Shown: one piece after another, positions 41,174 to 50,582 of the stretch
Layout: the number at the start of each line of letters is the position of its first letter
Position numbering within the stretch: the first letter of the stretch is position 1
Source of the DNA: Candidatus Poseidoniaceae archaeon
Lineage (GTDB): Archaea > Thermoplasmatota > Poseidoniia > Poseidoniales > Poseidoniaceae
Length of the DNA: 64,000 nucleotides
Direction of reading: 5' to 3'
NCBI GenBank assembly: GCA_949372645.1
Contig: CASIAP010000009.1
Coordinates: 65,107-129,106 of the forward strand
Translations under genes and position numbers: made by a program
The notes under the pieces: generated by a model
Told to the model about the DNA's origin: nothing
The model's database searches: none
Seen by the model: the letters and a program-made list of their open reading frames with translations, nothing else

Positions 41174-41663
41174 TCACGCGTTAAAATCACAGGGATCTTC
41201 TTGTTCAATAAAGGGCAATAATTGTATGGATAAACTCTTCAAAGATTCCACAACACGCGTTTCAGGCTTCAGTGCCTTCAACAACTGATTACGCAATTCA
41301 TGGCAGACTTTCGCATCGAGACTTTCAAGGCGTTGTGTGAGAGTTTTTTGTAATCGCCCACCGGTTCTATCCCAATCCATAAGGAGACAAATACTCGATC
41401 CACCTTCTGCGTTTCGGGTGCCGTACTTTTCGTAGAGGTGGGTGGTGAAACGGTCTAAATCCCAACCGCGATTGAGCACTTCAAGCGGCCCAACGAAGCC
41501 GAGTGCTTCCAAAGCCTCACGGTCCCGTTTTCCTTCAAGAATAATCGGCCAGTTGTGTTCCCGGTTTTTTTTACGTGCCTCGCCCAATGCCAAACCGGCG
41601 ACAGCAAACCGTCTCTGCGGCATTACCACTGCCCAGTGGCGAGCGATGTTTTTGGTCTCGCAT
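41174..41663 (-). CDS. Small TOPRIM-domain protein
   Basis: ILEGKRDREAL and LMDWDRTG; start either ATG 41623 (in frame) or ATG 41663 with GGAGGAG SD, which needs one indel. Confidence 0.8.
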
Positions 41664-41987
41664 TCACTCCTCCTCCAAGTGGGGTTCAAGCAACTGAACC
41701 AATGCGTCTGCAGATACATTTTCGATACGCACTTTCTTACTTCGTGACGTTGTTCCAGCTCACGATCTGCAATTGACTTTCTGGGTATTTGGAGTGAGGT
41801 AGAAAGTACATGCAGGACAGCATTATTTGCTTTTCCTTTTTGAGCCTCAGCACGAACAGCAATCGGTCAGCCGTCCTCGCCATTCATTGAAACCAAGAAT
41901 GCCCTGTCTTTTCGCACCCGGCTGCACATCGACCTCGAGCATGACAGCCCCGTCCAATGTGGATTGAACGCACGAGGAAACCGCCAT
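41664..41987 (-). CDS. DUF167 (YggU/UPF0235) family protein, frameshifted and absent from the ORF track
   Basis: Removing three single bases gives LEVDVQPGAKR...RLTIAVRAEAQKGKANNAVL...IVAGTTSRSKKVRI, about 106 aa; TTGATAA box at -31. Confidence 0.8.
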
Positions 41988-42228
41988 CAGAATCAATCAA
42001 TCGGAGGCCGTTTATCAACCTGCTATCTGCTTCGTTGCACTCCGTCAATGCCAAACTATGCTGATTTTGAAGCGCTTAGGCAGTATTTCAGCATTTGCAA
42101 GCCAACTGCCTGAAAAGAGGCATGACAAAAGCCGTGAAAACAGAAAAGACAAATATGTCGCGCAGCACCTCGTATTCCACAAGGGTTTAAGTTCGGGTAC
42201 CACCGGCCCTCAATACTGAGGATAATCT

Positions 42229-43211
42229 ATGCCTGCTGAAGACACTGTTTTCAATGTCGTGTATGACAAATATATGTTTTGGAGTATCCTCGTAGGTATC
42301 TTCACCTTCGGCTGGATGTTTATCGCTATGCTGCGATACCGCGACGGCGTTGAGCCCGATACGTCACTGAAAAGTACCACATCGAAGTTGGCTCCTTCCC
42401 AGTTGATAGCCACAATACCAAATTGGAAGTCGCCTTCTATGTTCTGCCGACGATTCTTGTCGTCTGGCTCACAATGATTGCCTTGGCCTCGAACTATTCC
42501 GCTTGGACCATTCCAGACGATGAAGACACCTTCAACGTCGATGTCATCGGTAAGCAATGGTTCTGGGAATTCCACTACCAAGAAGAACTCACTTGGGAAG
42601 ATGACCCAAGCATCACCTACGTCAATGTTGATTGGTCTGCAACGGATCTTACAGTCGATACTCGTGGTTCCGAGGCTACGAATGTAACCGTCGAAATAGA
42701 CGGCGTAAAATTCGATTATGCCATAGATTTAGTTGCGGAGATGGCTTCGATTTCAGATTTCTATCTGGATGTTAATCTTCACAGCGTCGTTACTGTCTAT
42801 GACGCGAATGACGTGTTGCTTCACACCTGGGAACACCTTCCAGTTGGCACCATTCTTTCAACAGCCGGTGGGCAACATTTGATCATCCCTTGCGATGAGA
42901 GTTCTACGTTAGACCTCTATTCTCGCCCACACGACGACTCCAATCCGGCCTATGTCGGTGTTCAGCACGCCTTCTGGTTGCCAGAATGGGGCGTTAAGGA
43001 AGATTTAGTTCCTGGACTTGAAGCAGGTACAGTCATGACGTTTGATCCGGACGATGCGGGTACCTTCCCGATTCGCTGTGCAGAATACTGTGGCCTTTAC
43101 CACTCAAAGATGGTTGGATTCATCGACATCGTCGCTCGTGACGGTGCATCATGTGCAGCAGACACGGGAATTAAGAAAACGGATACCGGCGGCGATGGAG
43201 GCGGGTACTGA
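42229..43211 (+). CDS. coxB: Cytochrome c oxidase subunit II (CuA), frameshift near 42365
   Basis: Two TMs split across ORFs 42229..42477 and 42423..43211; GKQWFWEF, QHAFW, CAEYCGLYHSKM. Confidence 0.9.
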
Positions 43212-45587
43212 TGTACAAGCGGTTCACTCTTCTTGCTCTCGTGCTGGTCATGCTTGTAGCAGCTCCACAATTCGAGGCTATGCCTACTGGAATCGGTAGT
43301 GCGGCTGACGGCGGTTGCAGTTGTCACGCTGGAGCTTCTCCCGACACCAACATCATCGTAACCGGATTGCCGGGCTCTTTCAATGCAAGTGAAACCTATG
43401 CCTTCACCGTCACCGTTCAAAACGATGTGATGGAAATTTGGAACGGTGGTAATGCCGAAGATACTGTTTCCGTAGATGAAAACGGCGATACAGTGATAAT
43501 CACTGGATGGAATGGCCGTGCAGGTGGATTTAGAATCCTCACCACCGGCGGTATGGTTTCGACCGTCAATGAATCACTCGGGCATGAAATGGACGGCGGA
43601 CTCACGCATACAACAGAAGGAAATACCGTCCGAACTTGGGATTTTGAATGGGTCGCTCCTGCTGATGACTCCAAAGTTGTCGATTTCACCATCTATGGTA
43701 ACGCCGTCAACGGCGGTGCCGGTGCTGGTGGCGACTATTGGAATCAAGCAGACCTTTCTATTCCTGGATTGAATGCAGATGATACCGGTCCAAGCGCTCG
43801 AGCCTTGGTCGTTCTTCTTATCGCCATTGGCCTTTCTCTCGGAATGGTTTTGCTTGGCGTTCTTGTGGGTCTTTTACACCCGCTCCCCTCAAAACGTTCA
43901 CGATCTCTAACTTTTGGTCATACCTCAAGCCTTGGTTGACCACGACTGACCACAAAGCAAGTCGGTATTCTTTACTTCTTGTATGGATTTACGTTCTTCC
44001 TTGTCGGTGGAGTGTTAGCACTCTTATTCCGTATTCAACTTGCTTTACCGGAAAATACATTCCTGACCGAGACTGAATACAACTCCTTTCTTCACCCTTC
44101 ACGGAACGACGATGATTTTCTTGGCAGCAATGCCAATGATTGCAGGTTTCATGAACTATGTTTTGCCGCTTCAAATTGGCGCCAAAGACCTCGCTTTCCC
44201 TCGAATTAACGCTATGGGTCTCTGGCTCTTGGTTTTCTCAAGCCCGCTGATTTACACTGGAATCTGGTCCGGTGAAGGTGCGGATATTACCTGGGTCATG
44301 TACCCTCCATATTCCTCTTTGACAGAAGGAAGCCTTGGTGCAGAAATGGCCCAATACGGTTCGAACCCCGGGACAACTGCTTTCCTCTCTGGAATGCTGA
44401 TGCTTGGCGCCTCTTCGACGCTTGGTGGTGTCAACTTCATCACCACGGTGTTTACCATGCGCGCCCCTGGTGTTGGATGGATGAAGATGCCATTGTTCTC
44501 TTGGTCAGTCTTCGTCAGTGTGTTCATGCTCTACATGTCCTTGCCTGCATTTATTATCGGTGTGGCGTTCTTGTTATTCGATCACACCATAGGAACGGTA
44601 TTCTTCACCTCAGGAGGAGACAGTTTACTGTTCCAACATCTGTTCTGGTTCTTCGGACATCCTGAAGTTTACGTGGTAATTGTGCCTGCCTTCGGTATCG
44701 TCTCTGAAGTTTTAGCAACCAGTGCGCGCCGTTCGATTTTCGGTTACAAATCGATGGTCTTTGCAATGGCCGGTATTGGAATTGTTGGTTTCGTAGTATG
44801 GGGCCATCACATGCTCACTTCTGGAATGGACCCATTCTGGCGTGCCGCTTTCATGATTACTACAATGGCCGTCGCGATCCCAACGGGTGCGAAAGTCTTC
44901 AATTGGCTCGCAACAATATGGGGCGGTAGCCTTGTCATGCGCACCCACACTCTGTGGTCGCTTGGATTCCTCATCACCTTCACGCTTGGTGGCATTTCTG
45001 GAATGTTCTTCCCAGTTGCCGGCATGGACATGCACTTCCACGATTCATACTTCGTCGTTGCCCATTTCCACTATGTTTTCATCGGCGGAACTGTCTTCGC
45101 CCTGTTCTCAGGCGTTTACTATTGGTATCCAAAGGCAACTGGCAAGAAACTCGATGAAACACTCGGTTTGTGGCATTTCTTGATTGGATTCTCGGCATAC
45201 AATGCTACGTTCTGGCCAATGCACGCTCTGGGGATTATGGGTATGCCTCGTCGAACACACAGTTATACTGTGGAAAGTGGCTTTGCAGAATACAACATAG
45301 CCATCAGTATCTTCTCGTTCATCTTTGGATTAAGCCAACTCTTACTCGTATGGAACATCATCAAATCAAACAGACATGGTGAGCCTGCCGGCAAGGACCC
45401 ATGGGGTGGATGGTCGCTTGAATGGGCAACAACTTCCCCACCACCAACTCCATCCTTCGACATCATTCCGACCCAGGGCGATATGAACATCAAGCATGGC
45501 CACAATGAACCTTCAAAGGCTTCCATTGGTGATACATTATGGAAAGTGAAACCCAAGGCCACTACCATCAAGGAGGCGGAAGAATGA
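43211..45587 (+). CDS. coxA: Cytochrome c oxidase subunit I (A1 type) with N-terminal secreted Reeler/choice-of-anchor-V-like domain; four apparent 1-base insertions
   Basis: Repaired frame reads WLTTTDHKQVGILY...TLHGTTMIF; DLAFPRIN, WFFGHPEVY, VWGHHM, PTGAKVF, VAHFHYV, GMPRR; about 790 aa. Confidence 0.88.
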
Positions 45588-46894
45588 GTGGACATGGAGC
45601 GCACGTTGAAAATGGAATTTGGATGCGCGCAGTCATGATGGGAGGAATTATCCTCACCATTGGTGTTCTGTTATTCGCAACCCTCGGTGTTGCCATGGCT
45701 GATGGTAAACACGATACTTGGGCAGACTTAGAAGACGACTACCACCATGAAGAAACTGTGCTTGCAGCACAAGATAATATTTCTACATCCGAGGCTGAAG
45801 AGCTTGAACACCTCCATCATGAGGTCGAGCAAGCCCATCTCTCGTACTTGTCATACCGAGTCTCTGGAATTACTATACTCTTGATGTCGATTGCTTATGC
45901 TTCCTTCATCGGCTTTGGTGGATTCCTTAACGCCAGTAAATCAAACGGTGACGACGACCATGGCGATGACCATGGCGATGGTTACGGTGATGACCATCAC
46001 GGCTCTGCTTCACCAATCATCTTTGCTTTCGGTATCCTGCTCTTTTTGGCAGGATTCCCTGACTTTGCTATCGCTTGTAAGGCGATGTTGAATGCAAGTG
46101 TCACAGCAGATCTTGGTATGTTGAGTTTGAGTTTAGTTGGCTTATTGACCATTGCTATCGCAGTGTCGAATTGGTGGTTTGAAGATTTACCTTTCAACGG
46201 TGAGGGTGAACAAATAGCCACATCATATCCCTTTGAAGGCGAACATATCCGAAAGGCAGGACTGTGGGTCTTCATTATGTCTGAGATCATGGTTTTCGCA
46301 ACCTTCTTTTCCTCATACCTTCGTATGCGAACGGAATGGTGTACTGACTGGGCTATCCGTGATGGAGTAGAAGCCTGTAAAGACGTCCCTGAAGGAACGG
46401 TTGTAACAGCATCGGATTTATTGCGATATGATTTTGCAACCTTACTTCCAGGTGCAATCAATACCTTTGCACTGATCATTTCATCCTATACGATTGTCTT
46501 GGCATTAAAGACTGCACGAAACAAGGATTGGAAAGCCCCTACGGGACTTATGGGCAAATTCATGCCAACCCGAAAGGCAGCAATCCGGAATTATCTGATT
46601 GCTACTCTCATGCTCGGTTCGCTGTTTATCGTTCTCAAGCTTGTTGAGTGGAGCCATTTGGTTGCAGAGGGCTTCGATATCGGAACCGTTCAAGGTTCCA
46701 TCTTCTACATCGCTACGGGAGCGCACGGACTGCACGTCTTCGTCGGACTGCTTGTCATGTTGTATCTCGTCTTCAAGGCCGACACAGTTGGCTTTGATGA
46801 AGACAATGCTCAGGGGATTGAATACTTCGGCCTCTATTGGCACTTTGTCGACTTAGCTTGGGTTGTTATCTTCCCAGCATTCTATCTGTATTGA
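45584..46894 (+). CDS. coxC: Cytochrome c oxidase subunit III with long N-terminal membrane extension
   Basis: GLWVFIMSE..F..FF, INTFALIISS, TGAHGLHV, GLYWHFVD..W; ATGA overlap and GGAGG SD. Confidence 0.9.
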   Translation: MSGHGAHVENGIWMRAVMMGGIILTIGVLLFATLGVAMADGKHDTWADLEDDYHHEETVLAAQDNISTSEAEELEHLHHEVEQAHLSYLSYRVSGITILLMSIAYASFIGFGGFLNASKSNGDDDHGDDHGDGYGDDHHGSASPIIFAFGILLFLAGFPDFAIACKAMLNASVTADLGMLSLSLVGLLTIAIAVSNWWFEDLPFNGEGEQIATSYPFEGEHIRKAGLWVFIMSEIMVFATFFSSYLRMRTEWCTDWAIRDGVEACKDVPEGTVVTASDLLRYDFATLLPGAINTFALIISSYTIVLALKTARNKDWKAPTGLMGKFMPTRKAAIRNYLIATLMLGSLFIVLKLVEWSHLVAEGFDIGTVQGSIFYIATGAHGLHVFVGLLVMLYLVFKADTVGFDEDNAQGIEYFGLYWHFVDLAWVVIFPAFYLY

Positions 46895-46903
46895 GGTGAT
46901 TAA

Positions 46904-47266
46904 ATGGGCGAACACATTGAATTTATGGGCAAAGACATCTACTTCTGGAATTTCTTGGTCTTGATGTTTTTCACTTTATTCGAAGTCGGTGCAGTCTTTT
47001 ACGACACTGTCCCCGGTACGGAAATTGAGATTACGAAAATGACGGTCTGGATTATTTTAATCGTCGTTGGTATCGTCAAAGGATTCGGAATTGCGGCTTT
47101 CTTTATGCACTTGAAAGACGACCCTCGTATCTATACTCGTACAGCACTGTTCCCAGTGCTCTTTGTCATCTTGATGCTTTGGGGTATTGGATTATCGAAC
47201 CCCGCAGGCGTTACTGAACTTCCAAGTTGGTGTACACCAAACTGGGATTATGCAGAGACGCGTTGA
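46904..47266 (+). CDS. coxD: Cytochrome c oxidase subunit IV family protein
   Basis: Three TMs, K...IAAFFMHLK motif, GAGGTGA SD, operon position. Confidence 0.85.
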   Translation: MGEHIEFMGKDIYFWNFLVLMFFTLFEVGAVFYDTVPGTEIEITKMTVWIILIVVGIVKGFGIAAFFMHLKDDPRIYTRTALFPVLFVILMLWGIGLSNPAGVTELPSWCTPNWDYAETR

Positions 47267-47321
47267 TGTCTTTTGCATATGTGGCAAAGTATTGATAAAC
47301 ACTATTCTTCGAGGATTAAAC

Positions 47322-48866
47322 ATGAACAAAAAAATGCTTGTAACCGTTGTAATGGCGAGCCTTCTTCTTGTCGCCTCCCCGCTCTCATCCGCCTACAAAG
47401 GGCATCAACTTTCACGGGCAGAAGTTGTTGATTTCACACTTATCGATCAGCATAATGAGAACTTCACCTTTTCTCAAAGCCTTTCCGAAGTCCATGTGGT
47501 TTCATTTATTTTCACGCGCTGCATCGATACTTGTCCAGTGATTACTCAATCACTCAAATTGGTTCAAGAAGGTCTTTCCGAATCCGATGCTGAAGAAGTC
47601 CAATTCATATCAATTTCAGTTGACCCGAGCTATGATACCCCTGAACGCCTCACGGAGTTCACGGACCTTCACGGAGTCGAATGGCCTCATTTGACCGGCG
47701 ATTCTGAAACGCTTACTGATGTCTACAACTCCTTTGGAATCATCGTACAAGAAGACGTCATTGAAGCCCATGTAGCAAATTCTGAACCGACAGTTACTTT
47801 TGTCGATACCTCTGGGAATTCAAGTGAAATGATGTGGGAACCAACCGGTTGGACCATGAATGAAATCATTGCTGAAGAAGCAAACTGGACAGTAAATGCC
47901 TCCTATGGCCAATACGGGCACTTCGTTCAATCCATCAATGGTATCGCCTCTCCTGCTGACTGGTCCTGGTATTGGGCTCTGAACACATTCAACACTTCTT
48001 CTGAATCTTGGGAAGAATCGATGCTCGGAATTGATGGTATTGATGCATTGGAAGAGCAACACCTTCTTTGGGCATCATCGACTTCGAATGTCTCGCTGGT
48101 GCCACCGCCTCAGTTGAACGATAGCACCCCTTCAGTTGAGATTCTGTATCCAGACAACACAACTGAAAACCATTCACTTCAAACTGATTTCAATGCTTAC
48201 CAGCTTACCAAAGGTGCATTTGCTGGGGCCGGCATGAACGTTTCATTTTCCAACGATCCTACGTATGGGCATTTTGTGGAAGCACTCGATGATGTCAACA
48301 GTCCCAGCGACTGGTCTTGGTATTGGTCATTGTACGCTTGGAACACAAGCAGTGCAGGCTGGGAAGCTTCAATGGTCGGCGTTGACGACTTTGTAGACCC
48401 AGGATACATTGCATGGGCACCAAACTCGACCAACCTCTCTTCAATTCCGATGCCGAAATCCCTTGAGCCAAAAGACGCAATGGCCCCAATTGTTTGCAAC
48501 GGCAATGGTTGGGAAATGGGTACAGGTGACGGGAAACACTGCATGTGTGATGAGGGCTATCAATGGGGTGAAGATGACCGTTTGTCTTGTATTGGCAACG
48601 GTGAGGTCGACATCGACTTTTCAGTTGGCCATTCAACGATTACCTACATCATGGATGGTATGAAGCCAAAAATTGCTTGGACAGGAGATTCATGGAAGGC
48701 TGATGATTTCCGAGCAGACCTCGAGGATGTGATTTCCTCTCAGTCCTCTTCTTCGAATTCTGAAGGAGCCCTACCAGGCATGACATTCCTCGCCGCTGTT
48801 TCAGGTTTGAGTCTTGCCGCAATCATCGTTCACATCAGTTCAAGTGATGAAGAAGATGAAGCGTAA
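47322..48866 (+). CDS. SCO-family copper chaperone with inserted tandem DUF4430/transcobalamin-like domains and EGF-like module
   Basis: DFTLIDQ, FIFTRCIDTCP, ISISVDP.YDTPE, LTGD; conserved His in VGHS..TY near C-terminus; two YGHFV...SP.DWSWYW repeats; C-x12-CMCDEGY-x8-C. Confidence 0.85.
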   Translation: MNKKMLVTVVMASLLLVASPLSSAYKGHQLSRAEVVDFTLIDQHNENFTFSQSLSEVHVVSFIFTRCIDTCPVITQSLKLVQEGLSESDAEEVQFISISVDPSYDTPERLTEFTDLHGVEWPHLTGDSETLTDVYNSFGIIVQEDVIEAHVANSEPTVTFVDTSGNSSEMMWEPTGWTMNEIIAEEANWTVNASYGQYGHFVQSINGIASPADWSWYWALNTFNTSSESWEESMLGIDGIDALEEQHLLWASSTSNVSLVPPPQLNDSTPSVEILYPDNTTENHSLQTDFNAYQLTKGAFAGAGMNVSFSNDPTYGHFVEALDDVNSPSDWSWYWSLYAWNTSSAGWEASMVGVDDFVDPGYIAWAPNSTNLSSIPMPKSLEPKDAMAPIVCNGNGWEMGTGDGKHCMCDEGYQWGEDDRLSCIGNGEVDIDFSVGHSTITYIMDGMKPKIAWTGDSWKADDFRADLEDVISSQSSSSNSEGALPGMTFLAAVSGLSLAAIIVHISSSDEEDEA

Positions 48867-48930
48867 GCCTCATATTCAACAGTCATCCGACCTGCACATG
48901 CGATAACGGGGTTTTGCATCCCGACTTCTT

Positions 48931-49013
48931 GCCGAGATCGCATAGCCCGGTATTGCGGTGGACTTGAAATCCACTGTCCCTTGGACTCGGGGGTTCGAAT
49001 CCCTCTCTCGGCG
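48931..49013 (+). tRNA. tRNA-Ser(TGA)
   Basis: Acceptor GCCGAGA/TCTCGGC plus discriminator G; anticodon arm GTGGA-CTTGAAA-TCCAC; long variable arm GTCC-CTT-GGAC; T-loop GGTTCGAATCC. Confidence 0.95.
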
Positions 49014-49088
49014 CCTTCGGTTTTTTACATCGAGTTTCCTTAGGAATGAATGGAAGAGTTCTCAAACTAAAGCACCCCTCGGTCAATC

Positions 49089-50582
49089 ATGCGCCGAGGC
49101 CGATTCGCCGTCTTACTCGTCCTCAGCATGGCTCTTGCTGGATGTTTAGGCCCTTCTACAGCCTCATGGGGGACAGATAACAGTGAAATTGACGTTCAGT
49201 TTTCTCAAGAGTCGACGAATATCACAAGTGGCCTCGGTCCTGAAAGTTCGACAATAACAGATCTCAAAGCGATAGGTTGCGCCTCGGAATGGAAAACGCT
49301 TGGAGTGAATAATTCAGCTCCATTATCCTTCACCGGTTATCTCGCTGCAAGCCAGTATCATTCAGCCCATTCCGAATCAACTGGAGCGAGTGGGCTTGAC
49401 TTTGGCGTAACGACAAGTGTTGCAATACAAAGCCTGACTTTTCAAGAAGCAAAAGATGTGATTGATGGAGAAGGGTCCAGAATATCCGTTAAGAATTGGG
49501 ATGTGCCGCTTAATCCGGAAACGGGAACAGGCACAGTTGATCTTGAGGAAATAGATTCAGATTCAGATTCCGAGTGGTATATACTTGGATTGATTCCAAC
49601 CACTGAAAATATCCACGATGGGATGATCTCTTTGGATGAGTGGCATCAGCCTGTCACCATCAAAGGCTATTTGATTCAATATTCAAGTGGAAACAATCTC
49701 GGATATTTCAATACTGCACAACATAAAGTAGACGATAATTGCAATCTTCAAATCGGTGAAGGTAACAAGGAAAGTGTCTATGTCTTTGTCACCAGCATTG
49801 AATTGGATGGAGCAACAGTTAGTTCAAACGGGAACTCAGATGACGAATGGGTCTACGGCGATGTAGCCTTTTTGGGTCGAACGGGATACATCCTGTTTTT
49901 CTTGGCCTTTGGAATCGGAGGAGGAATTGGGGCATTTATTCTCTCGAAAATGTTTGTTCTTCAAGGTGCGAAGTCGACAATGAAAACCCTCCTCGGTGCA
50001 TCGGGGATGAGTGCTGTTAAACAAGTAAAGAAAGATGTCAAATCGGCTAAATCCTCTGGACTAGTATCTCCTCTTGAACGCAAAAAGGAAGCGCGACAAC
50101 AGGCTGTTAAAAACCAGCCACAGAGCTCGAATAAAACCTCCTCAGAACCTGCACTGGCTGGCTTTGACCTCGACAGCGTTCTTTCCTCAAGTCCAAGCAC
50201 GGGATCAACAGTCGAATTTGGCAGTAAGAGCTCATCTGTCGTGGTAACCGCTGAATCACAACAAATGAAGCGAGAAGTATCTGAGCAACCCTCGGTCACT
50301 TCCGTTTCAACAGCTTCATCTTCAGCCCCACCTCGAGAGACCCGTTCAAGTGTAACTTCGAGCGAGCCTCCAAGGCAACAGAAAGAGCATTTCACCTCAT
50401 CTGTTCCAACATCAAAAAAATCATCTGGACCTCCTAAAAAGAAATCTGTTCGAAAGCGAAAAGCAGCAGTTCAAGCTACGGCCGGAGAAGAACACGTGCA
50501 GGAAGAAGTACTACCTGTGCCACAAGAGACACGCAAGACCTTTGATGAGCCCGAAGACGACTTTTCAGACTTCTCATTTTGA
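49089..50582 (+). CDS. Putative lipoprotein with additional TM and Ser/Lys-rich tail
   Basis: MRRGRF...LAGC lipobox; TM YILFFLAFGIGGGIGAFIL; low-complexity tail. Confidence 0.72.
   Translation: MRRGRFAVLLVLSMALAGCLGPSTASWGTDNSEIDVQFSQESTNITSGLGPESSTITDLKAIGCASEWKTLGVNNSAPLSFTGYLAASQYHSAHSESTGASGLDFGVTTSVAIQSLTFQEAKDVIDGEGSRISVKNWDVPLNPETGTGTVDLEEIDSDSDSEWYILGLIPTTENIHDGMISLDEWHQPVTIKGYLIQYSSGNNLGYFNTAQHKVDDNCNLQIGEGNKESVYVFVTSIELDGATVSSNGNSDDEWVYGDVAFLGRTGYILFFLAFGIGGGIGAFILSKMFVLQGAKSTMKTLLGASGMSAVKQVKKDVKSAKSSGLVSPLERKKEARQQAVKNQPQSSNKTSSEPALAGFDLDSVLSSSPSTGSTVEFGSKSSSVVVTAESQQMKREVSEQPSVTSVSTASSSAPPRETRSSVTSSEPPRQQKEHFTSSVPTSKKSSGPPKKKSVRKRKAAVQATAGEEHVQEEVLPVPQETRKTFDEPEDDFSDFSF

Noticed and set aside
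43313..43330. Cytochrome c heme-binding motif in the Cox1 N-terminal domain
   Set aside because: The motif is CSCH (CxCH), not CxxCH, so covalent heme c cannot be claimed.
48931..49013. tRNA-Ser as an integration site
   Set aside because: I found no duplicate of its 3' end in the window and no integrase nearby.
48883..49149. Short ORFs overlapping the tRNA
   Set aside because: Spurious translations across the tRNA-Ser gene.
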